A stretch of DNA of 64,000 nucleotides from the NCBI GenBank assembly GCA_963677745.1, contig OY782391.1:1216001-1280000 (forward strand), written 5' to 3'. Made by a program: the position numbers and the translations under genes. Within the stretch, counting starts at the first letter, position 1. The number at the start of each line of letters is the position of its first letter. Of the stretch, positions 51,001 through 57,158 are shown piece after piece. The notes below the pieces were generated by a model. That model saw only the letters and a program-made list of their open reading frames with translations, was not told the origin of the DNA and did not search any database. Source of the stretch: Candidatus Altimarinota bacterium. Its GTDB lineage: Bacteria > Patescibacteriota > Gracilibacteria > UBA1369.

Positions 51001-51700
51001 CTATGAGTTGGAATCTCTTCCTGGCCATAGCGATGACAATGCCCCTGCCATTGCAGGCAACAGTCTAAACGCGGGCGTCATAGCCTGGATGGGATATGAC
51101 AGTGATCTTAGTAATGCAACCTCAATCTATACCTTTGGTTTTGATTCCACACAAAGTGGAGGCGGCGGAGTATGTGGCGCCGGACCCGGAGAGACCTGTG
51201 GTGAAATCATAATTGGCTGTAACCTGGCAGGAACAATTTCCATCAGCAATATTACGCCGGAGGCCACTTTTGAACCCCGCTATACCAACTTCTATCAGGA
51301 TGCTACCAACGCACCACTGGAAAGTAACATCCAGGTGGATATAACTGACACACGGGGTTATGGAAGCTGTGGCAATCCCTCAACATTATCAATACAAAGC
51401 AGCGGCTTGGCTCTGGGAGCTTCCACACTGGGACTGAGTCTTGGCACTGCCTTGACGCAGGGAAATATCACCTGTCCGGACGACAACTGTGTACCAGATT
51501 CCGCCCATCTATCAGATGTAGCCACAACTCCTGGAGCAACCGGCAGCATCGCCACCGGTGCTGACGTATTAAACCTTTCAGAGGGCTTTGACGGTACAAT
51601 CAGACTGCAAATCAGCGGTGATAACCTGGAGGTGGTAAAACCGCTGGAGCCGATCAGCAAAGGTGATTATGTCGGAGATATCACTTTCACGCTGATTTAA
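45095..51700 (+). CDS. large secreted surface protein 3 (2201 aa): three propeller-like domains, about four IPT/TIG, NIDO-like segment, WxL-like cassette
   Basis: TM/signal; repeated SDGxGGxxxxW and IYAQKI; IPT GGTEITING; IAAKWTDL...NRRFVITF..V...NTFQIKI. Confidence 0.85.
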   Translation: MLQPKIIHTAKKLHCHIKTHGFKYLAGLAVFSILTTAFVYRPSQTPTAKAAASYLWNTMLNPENATYEDSAKVVRTSSGNYFVAWEESVAYDSTDDIKMAKIDVDGNLIGSIITVTNSAANDENRVQLAPDNSDGVQIVFTTEADVYAAHYNSSGSLTCSNAIYRGNVNPGGGGNKEQVAMETIPQLLHDGNGGMYFSWILYDGNWRTYVTHLGSDCNMDSAWNPTVTNYGPFKVIEALNVDGSSFKMTSGGNNAMIWTGDDSASNYLITNKIDNTGAYVTGWTGTKYVYTGSSTSSAHTIASDGSGGLVVAHQDSAALMVHLTHLNSDGTADTNWGGTGTIDVLDTPSNSLNWARVINDGTNNFIVTWTRGEAGPIYHQYIQKVSGSDGQLLWGAGSPIEVISSDTNALASGSTDSIVPDTHGGAYLSYTTFMWGYRRIQNVKSDGSLDFGNMGYMDGRISNGWEPTLVVDGSGGVIAVRTEQSDAPDFDWDIFAERIESVPQIDYVSPNYSYIDANNVIITISGSSLADMTTATVGGEPCTLITKSSFSYECEVATMSHTAGLVDVYLEGPSGNTGSSGNNLFQIYGPPTVTGMSPNHGSPVGGTEITINGDGFGPETTVSFGPTLANISTSSSDRINLTSPEGTPGVVAVTLTNPGNQTVSAGDFTYDAYPREGAWSVNNILKDGYPDITQLSKQNPYIIKASDGNYIAAWTRYGSDMDQDIIVQKIDQTDGHSIWPDDGGGNGGMQITDLDATTYSQNIQTYSHPNLIADNSGGAYFIFREDHSSVGGGLDLMIQHVRADHSLQYGPNPLNLTNNLSGVENDTYNIISDGAGGVYVGGSNIDWNTEERHVFAMRVASDETVTPMQPSGGNFPIGSQSPALALDSSQNLYVVYKVIQPGTSTHTIEAQRFAPDGTKPGVGLDWHDTFNMPLVAGEEIYSHEIAVDSSNNIIVIYSSYVDPVSRVAAQKISSDGSSSSWFTPGVGGTALVASTTNPGSLQIVPDGADGAIAAWNEGNNGIIYAQKINTGGVTQWGADALQVSSGTRWDSLSIVNSITSDGAGGVILAYSSDQITLQKIDSSGALQWPEAAPGTSGYTSFSEYTNNMDQNPALVGDDLGGAVVVWMGRTMIGWDSYDNVYAQHYQIDNTPVPLSVDPALGSPAGGTNITISGIHFIDGGTTVTVGGLACQNIVVNSPRELTCDTQAHEAGTVDVSVTTINGTSTLTGGYEYGEPVIVPEGTIELHIADSVIGSNSDTGAGISNGDDAGGLADLDFTGAPATAPDTFSGAEIYTFNSGVPTMNPTALNIENLDGFDLTGADSIHLSNEDDLISTVVPLGFTTKIYGRDVDSVVVDSNGLAYLNTSADMSVNDSSCCNGYSMSNYTGVDWPASVDGSATGDIMIAAKWTDLLPQANPGSAITYSTDGVAPNRRFVITFADVPYLDPDTTQNTFQIKILESGPGSGVTVTNVLPASGTDAGGTPVLITGTGFTGATAVYFKTGVDPEPGTACINLLVINDTQIECETGAHGAALVNVKVVTPGGEGIGNGLYTYTGAAGGVPTDLWGSIKQVEGNGTNQYFAPFISKTNDNNYIIAYADSTLGTGNGEIVAEKINATTGADMWASPVQVSTNASMDMSKTIQMIPNASGGVFMAWQNVNGDILLQSIDGSDGALLWDAVNISESFNADSKPVMVSDNAGGVYLAFVRHFPEGRWGIDKTEVTRVNAEGTVHSDWNTGGIGNYRLFLVDHGIGSLRTIKTNSDNDLFVLTAQGSIAYVDKLVSTGQTDPDFPSVSTSLMGDSDGEISDIIVNTSGGVTLFYESQMFIGWPTYHVSAISYNDTGNINWAHYSVTANSYDNRAEDDIADLHVLDMGAQQLIAYEFSNDNKIYAQKIDATTGEPIWAAPVSVTDSTDDSNASFYSLWGNVKLDAMIKDTGSGAFFVYTSQGADFFYRVHLQHIDTNGLKIFGSNGYELESLPGHSDDNAPAIAGNSLNAGVIAWMGYDSDLSNATSIYTFGFDSTQSGGGGVCGAGPGETCGEIIIGCNLAGTISISNITPEATFEPRYTNFYQDATNAPLESNIQVDITDTRGYGSCGNPSTLSIQSSGLALGASTLGLSLGTALTQGNITCPDDNCVPDSAHLSDVATTPGATGSIATGADVLNLSEGFDGTIRLQISGDNLEVVKPLEPISKGDYVGDITFTLI
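51161..51700 (+). repeat. C-terminal cassette repeat, copy 3
   Basis: Near-identical DNA to the other three copies. Confidence 0.95.
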
Positions 51701-51907
51701 TAACAATTAAAATATCGCTTGAGATTAAATTTCCGGGTGCAACACCTTGGCATGTAAACTTGTAAACGAAAAGTTGGTCTAACCCACTTCTTTTGAGATA
51801 TTCGGGTGAAAAATTAATCTGCGTAAATAATAGAAGACCAAAGCATTAAGCGGATAGACGGGAGCTTCAAAATGTGTTAAAATAAAAAGAATATTATTAA
51901 AATTCAA

Positions 51908-53929
51908 ATGAAAAAAATTAATAAAATATTCCTTGCTACCTTGCTGTTTGTATTATCAATTTCCATCGCTTTTGCGGACGGTGCCGGTCAGTGGCCAAAT
52001 ACAACTTCACCAGTACCAATGCAACTAATGCAGGAGGCCAATAGTACAGGTACCTACGGAGTCCGCACTTCCGATGGTAACTACATTATTGCCATGCAAA
52101 ACTATACCGGAATCAGTGCGCAGAAAATCGATTCCAGTGGAAATAAACTTTGGGGTGTCGGTGGAGAACCTGTTACTGTCACTGATCCGGCTGGTTGGTT
52201 TACGGAAATAGTTGCAGATAATGATGGGGGCGCTTTCATTACTTATACAAACATCAATACGCAGAATGTAGCAAGAATTGACAGCAGTGGAACGGTGCTC
52301 TGGCGTAGTGGTGATTTTGAACCGGGTAATTCAATAGAAAATTGGGGAAAAATTCTTCACGATGGAAATAATGGTGTTTACGTCTCGTGGCTTGGACACG
52401 ACTCAAACAATGATGTAGTCAGGGAAGTCACGCATTTGGGCCCGGACGGAAATGTGTGTACTATTGCCACTTGCGGTATCGATTGGAACAACGGAGGAAC
52501 TGGCACATTCAAGCCCGTAACTTTGCCAAAACCAGCCGGGGATGGAGTATGGCATTATCAGGCCAGGCTAATTCCTTCGGATTTGGGCAGTTTAATAGTG
52601 GTATACGGTGATTACTCGCCACGAGATAACGTTTATGCGACAAAATTGAATACCAACGGAACCTTCGCCTGGAACGCTCTTGATTATCGAATGATTGATG
52701 ACACCTACAACATTAGCTCTAATTCTTTCGCGGCAGAATCTGATGGAAGTAATGGAGTATATATCGGGTATCGGGTTAGCGACGGTACCAATGATTATTT
52801 AAAACTTGTTAAAATCAACTCGTCCGGAACCTTTACGCTTGGCACTGTTAACGGTGGGTCTGCCGAGGGAGTAGTGGTCAAGACTCTTGACAGAGCAATA
52901 GCATACATAGGTAATGATATGGTTAGTACTTCAGACGGCAATGGAAATTTATATTTGGGATGGAATGAACGGGATGTGGCAAGCGGTGTCTACGACACTT
53001 ATGTCCAAAAATTCAACAGTTCAGGTGTCGAACAATGGACCGCGGGTGGTAAATTATTGGGTACAATTGGTGATGATGTGGAAGACTCTTTCTGGAGCGA
53101 TACGATTAATATTCCTCATTCAATAGTCACAGACGGAAGTGGGGGAGCCATCATTGCCACCTCTAGATACAGTAATACTATTACCGAGGCAGTTGCCATG
53201 CAAAGAGTTTTAAGCAATGGAAGTCTGGACTGGGGAAGCGGATATATTGTTACAGCCGATATTGAAAATCATCAGGATGAATATCCGGATCTTGTTAGTG
53301 ATGGTACCGGAGGAGCTGTAGTTTCTTTCGTGCATATTGATGCTGATTGGAATTATTTTAGTAACGCTCAATATGTTAAAACAGCAGCTGCCGGAGGAGG
53401 TTGTGGGGCGGGTCCCGGTGAGACCTGTGGAGAGATCACCATCGGCTGTAACCTGGCAGGAACAATTTCCATCAGCAATATTACGCCGGAGGCCACTTTT
53501 GAACCCCGCTATACCAACTTCTATCAGGATGCTACCAACGCACCACTGGAAAGTAACATCCAGGTGGACATAACTGATACACGCGGTTATGGAAGTTGTG
53601 GCGATGCCTCAACATTATCAATACAAAGCAGCGGATTGGCTCTGGGAGCTTCCACACTGGAACTGAGTCTTGGCACTGCTTTGACGCAGGGAAACATCAG
53701 CTGTCCGGACGACAACTGTGTACCTGATTCAGCCCATCTTTCAGATGTAGCCACAACCCCCGGAGCAACGGGCAGCATTTCCACCGGTGCAGACGTGTTG
53801 AATCTTTCTGAAGGCTTTGACGGTACAATCAGGCTGCAATTAAGCGGTAATAACCTGGAGGTGGTAAAACCGCTGGAGCCGATCAGCAAAGGTGATTATG
53901 TCGGAGATATCACTTTCACTCTAATCTAA
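51908..53929 (+). CDS. secreted surface protein 4: single propeller-like domain plus WxL-like cassette
   Basis: Signal MKKINKIFLATLLFVLSISIAFA; N-domain paralogous to that of 40560 (GQWPNT, THLG.DG.VC..ATCG..WN). Confidence 0.87.
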   Translation: MKKINKIFLATLLFVLSISIAFADGAGQWPNTTSPVPMQLMQEANSTGTYGVRTSDGNYIIAMQNYTGISAQKIDSSGNKLWGVGGEPVTVTDPAGWFTEIVADNDGGAFITYTNINTQNVARIDSSGTVLWRSGDFEPGNSIENWGKILHDGNNGVYVSWLGHDSNNDVVREVTHLGPDGNVCTIATCGIDWNNGGTGTFKPVTLPKPAGDGVWHYQARLIPSDLGSLIVVYGDYSPRDNVYATKLNTNGTFAWNALDYRMIDDTYNISSNSFAAESDGSNGVYIGYRVSDGTNDYLKLVKINSSGTFTLGTVNGGSAEGVVVKTLDRAIAYIGNDMVSTSDGNGNLYLGWNERDVASGVYDTYVQKFNSSGVEQWTAGGKLLGTIGDDVEDSFWSDTINIPHSIVTDGSGGAIIATSRYSNTITEAVAMQRVLSNGSLDWGSGYIVTADIENHQDEYPDLVSDGTGGAVVSFVHIDADWNYFSNAQYVKTAAAGGGCGAGPGETCGEITIGCNLAGTISISNITPEATFEPRYTNFYQDATNAPLESNIQVDITDTRGYGSCGDASTLSIQSSGLALGASTLELSLGTALTQGNISCPDDNCVPDSAHLSDVATTPGATGSISTGADVLNLSEGFDGTIRLQLSGNNLEVVKPLEPISKGDYVGDITFTLI

Positions 53930-53983
53930 TCTGGAAAGTAATTACAGATATCAAAACAGCCCCGCCGTACGGCGGGGCTGTTT
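53390..53983 (+). repeat. C-terminal cassette repeat, copy 4, including 3' UTR and terminator
   Basis: Near-identical to copy 2 through the terminator. Confidence 0.95.
53953..53983. terminator. bidirectional intrinsic terminator (also ends nusG)
   Basis: AAAACAGCCCCGCCG-TA-CGGCGGGGCTGTTT. Confidence 0.9.
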
Positions 53984-53996
53984 ATTTTAAATTCTG

Positions 53997-54542
53997 TTAT
54001 TTCTTCCTTACCTGCATGAAATCCAGTTCGATTGGCGTTTCGCGTCCAAAAATCGAGATCAGTACTTTTACCTTTCCTTTTTCTTCATCAACTTTGTTCA
54101 CCAGGCCGTCATAGTTAACAAAAGGGCCGTCCAGAATCATCACATGGTCGCCCACGCTGAAGTCAATCTTGAACTTGGCATCCTGTTCGCCCATCTGCTT
54201 CTTGACTATATTAAACTCATCCGGAGAAACCGGAACAGGCACATTCCCTGCACCCACGAATCCCGTAACATTTGGAGTATTTCTTACCACATACCAGGAT
54301 TCATCGGTAACCGTCATATCCACCAATACATATCCAGGGAAAATGCGCTTCTTTTCCGTGACCGGTTCACCCTTCTTGATCACGATTTGGGTTTCTTTGG
54401 GAACAACCACGTCAAAAATGTAGTCGTGCATGTTCAGTGAGTCAATTCTCTGCTTGAGAGCTTCAGCCACTGCGTCCTCGTATCCGGAGTAGGTATGAAT
54501 CACATACCAGTGTCTTCCTGTGTTTTCCGCTTGTCTGCCCAT
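53997..54542 (-). CDS. nusG: transcription termination/antitermination factor NusG
   Basis: WYVIHTYSGYE, FPGYVLV, VRNTPNVTGFVG, IFGRETP. Confidence 0.99.
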   Translation of the reverse strand: MGRQAENTGRHWYVIHTYSGYEDAVAEALKQRIDSLNMHDYIFDVVVPKETQIVIKKGEPVTEKKRIFPGYVLVDMTVTDESWYVVRNTPNVTGFVGAGNVPVPVSPDEFNIVKKQMGEQDAKFKIDFSVGDHVMILDGPFVNYDGLVNKVDEEKGKVKVLISIFGRETPIELDFMQVRKK

Positions 54543-54559
54543 GTGATTGTTTTATAACT

Positions 54560-54778
54560 TTATAATTTTGTCGTCGCTGCCAAATCCAGAAGCTGATTGT
54601 ATCCGAAATTGAGTCCCCAGTCCAGGAGTCCCACGAATGCCGCAAAAGCCAGACAGAAAGCCAAAACAATCACTGTTAGACGTACCGCCTTTTTGCCGGT
54701 TGGCCAGGTTACGCGCTTCAGCTCCATCACGCTTTCCACTGCATAATTAACGACGGGATTAGGTTTCTTTTCAGTCAT
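54560..54778 (-). CDS. secE: preprotein translocase subunit SecE
   Basis: ELKRVTWPT plus one TM; immediately upstream of nusG; start refined to 54778. Confidence 0.95.
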   Translation of the reverse strand: MTEKKPNPVVNYAVESVMELKRVTWPTGKKAVRLTVIVLAFCLAFAAFVGLLDWGLNFGYNQLLDLAATTKL

Positions 54779-54897
54779 AATTGAATAAACCAATAAGTAA
54801 AAGCAGCAAAATTTAAACAAAAAAGAGCGGATTAATCAAGAACTTTTGAAAAAAAAGCCAATTTTTGCTAAAATTTATAGATAAACCATGCCTTGAA

Positions 54898-55965
54898 ATG
54901 AATAAAAAAACAAAACTACCGGAAAAATCCGCATCTGTAATGAAAATATTCAGCAATTCTCTTATCTTCATAGGACTGTTGCTTTTTATTTTCCAGGTTG
55001 TCACTGCTCAGAGCCTTCCCGTTCCCGATGTCGGTAACTACGGGGGAATGGTGCAGAATCCCGGCAACGTGACTTTTGATACAGGCTTTGCCACTCTCGT
55101 TGTGGGGCTGGTTATGAATATCCGTTATCTGCTTACGGCCGTAGCCATTGCGCTGATGCTGTTTGCCGGATTCAAGATGGTTACTTCACAGGGCAAGGAG
55201 GAAGCCTGGACTCAGGCCAAGGCCACCATGGTCTGGTCGATCATCGGATTGGCATTGGTTGGACTGTCCGGAGAGATCGTCAGAATCTTTGCGGTTGGGA
55301 AATGCGCCGAACTGGGGATGTTACCTTCGTCCAACAACGTCGGTTGTATAGAAGGAGGCTTTCTGAAAAACCCTCAGTCCATTATTCAGAGAACCACCAT
55401 CTTTAATAAATCGGTTCAGTATATAATCACCTTTTTGAAATATTTAATCGGCTCGGTAACGATCCTGATGCTGGCCAGAAACGCCATTCGTATGGCTTCC
55501 AATACCGGAGGCGACGAACTGGAAAAAGACAAGAAAAACATCGTGGCCAGTTTGCTTGGCCTGATGCTGATAATCATTGCCGACCCCATCATCAACAATG
55601 TCTTTTTCTCCATTGATAAAACCCGTTACCCCAGTGTGGGCGGAGCAGTGGTCAGTGTCAATTATGCCCAGGGAGTCGGGGAAATAATTGGTTTTACCAA
55701 CTTTTTGGTTACCATTATCACCCCTATTGCCATCCTGGTGGTGCTGGCCGGAGGGATCATGTACATGACTTCCGGTGCCAACGCCGAAAACCAGAAGAAA
55801 GCCACTAAAATGATTACACTCGCCTTGATTTCGCTGGTCTTGATTTATGGAGCCTTTGCCATAGTTTCCACAATAATCAGCGGCCAGTTTGACGCTAATG
55901 CGCCGACCACCAACCCCGCTTCCATTGTGGAAGGCCAGGGACAAGTAACACAAACCAATGTCTAA
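54898..55965 (+). CDS. membrane protein with three tandem TrbC/VirB2-like pilin repeats
   Basis: 3x (hydrophobic helix)-AG..M.(T/S)S.G..E...K(A)K-(hydrophobic helix); start uncertain (54865/54898/54940). Confidence 0.8.
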   Translation: MNKKTKLPEKSASVMKIFSNSLIFIGLLLFIFQVVTAQSLPVPDVGNYGGMVQNPGNVTFDTGFATLVVGLVMNIRYLLTAVAIALMLFAGFKMVTSQGKEEAWTQAKATMVWSIIGLALVGLSGEIVRIFAVGKCAELGMLPSSNNVGCIEGGFLKNPQSIIQRTTIFNKSVQYIITFLKYLIGSVTILMLARNAIRMASNTGGDELEKDKKNIVASLLGLMLIIIADPIINNVFFSIDKTRYPSVGGAVVSVNYAQGVGEIIGFTNFLVTIITPIAILVVLAGGIMYMTSGANAENQKKATKMITLALISLVLIYGAFAIVSTIISGQFDANAPTTNPASIVEGQGQVTQTNV

Positions 55966-57025
55966 AACACCCATACATCCGAGTAAAAAAATTGGTCAGA
56001 CAGTCATGCTGGTCTTAGTGGCGGTCGGACTATTCTGCTCCTCACTGCCTCTGACTCTGGCCGTAGATCCCGCACCCGCTTCCACTGTCACTCCTTCCTC
56101 CAGTCAACCCGCCTCCGGTGCCAATTCCACCACCACGCCCACCGGCGGCATCAGTTCGGTTGTCCGACAGGTCGGGGGGACAACCAGCCTGCCCGACTAT
56201 GGCAGCGGCCATGCCAGCCAGAATTACCGCCCCGGTGCCTCGCAGCTGACCAGTACGGTTTATTATATTCTGGACTTTTTTAAGTACATTTTAGGCGGTA
56301 TCGCCGTCCTGATGATAGTAATTTCGGGCATCAAACTGATTTTGTCTGCCCGCAGCGTCCAGGATGTGATGAGCCGCGAGAAGGAAACTCTCCGTTTTGC
56401 CTTTTCCGGCCTGCTCATAATCTTACTGGCCGATTCCATTATTCGTAATGTCTTTTTCGGAGAAGAAGGCGAAATTTACCGTACGGGCACGGATATGACA
56501 ATGGCCGCCACACAGGGGGAAAAACTGGCCCTGGGCGTGACCGGCATGCTCAGAATATTTATCCCTTCCATCGCTATTCTTTTCTTTGTCATCGCCGCTT
56601 ATCGGTTGATGATTTCGCGTGGAGAGCCGGAAGCCCAGAAAAAAGCCCAGACCCAGATAACCTGGTCTATTATCGGTATAATTCTGGCAGGACTTTCCGA
56701 AATTGTGGTCTTCCAGATTCTTTTTCCCAAGCAGGGTACCACCATTCCCGATGCCCAGGCTTTTGCCCGCCAAATGGTGACCATGACCAACTGGGTGACG
56801 GGCTTCATATCGACCATCGCAGTCACCATGCTGATTTACGCAGGTTATCTCTATGTCACTTCCTTGGGAGGCGAGGGGATCCAGAAGGCCAAAACTGTCA
56901 TGATTGGAGCGATTGTCGGCTTGCTGATATCAATGGCTGCCTTTGGACTGGTTAATACTTTCGTAAAATTGGAACCACTTACCAGTAGCACCACAACCCA
57001 GGAAATACCCGTTCCCACCGGCTAA
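55958..57025 (+). CDS. membrane protein with three tandem TrbC/VirB2-like pilin repeats
   Basis: GGIAVLMIVISGIKLI; AAYRLMISRGEPEAQKKAQ; YAGYLYVTSLGGEGIQKAK. Confidence 0.8.
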   Translation: MSKTPIHPSKKIGQTVMLVLVAVGLFCSSLPLTLAVDPAPASTVTPSSSQPASGANSTTTPTGGISSVVRQVGGTTSLPDYGSGHASQNYRPGASQLTSTVYYILDFFKYILGGIAVLMIVISGIKLILSARSVQDVMSREKETLRFAFSGLLIILLADSIIRNVFFGEEGEIYRTGTDMTMAATQGEKLALGVTGMLRIFIPSIAILFFVIAAYRLMISRGEPEAQKKAQTQITWSIIGIILAGLSEIVVFQILFPKQGTTIPDAQAFARQMVTMTNWVTGFISTIAVTMLIYAGYLYVTSLGGEGIQKAKTVMIGAIVGLLISMAAFGLVNTFVKLEPLTSSTTTQEIPVPTG

Positions 57026-57158
57026 ACGGCTTAAAACAGAATAAAAGTTTGCAGTAGTCAACAGAATTTCCCGCCATCAACTTGGAAACGCCTCTTCCAT
57101 TTTGGTCCTTTTGGCTGAAACATGGTATAATTTAAAGATTCAAATTACACCAAACACT

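Noticed and set aside
37547-53889. Four similar 100-aa minus-strand ORFs (37547, 44522, 51358, 53587)
   Set aside because: Antisense shadows of the repeated cassette; their similarity follows from the plus-strand repeat.
37350-53929. Diversity-generating retroelement (TR/VR pairs) as the explanation for the four C-terminal repeats
   Set aside because: No reverse transcriptase in the window, all copies are in-frame coding ends, and the differences are largely synonymous and not restricted to adenines.
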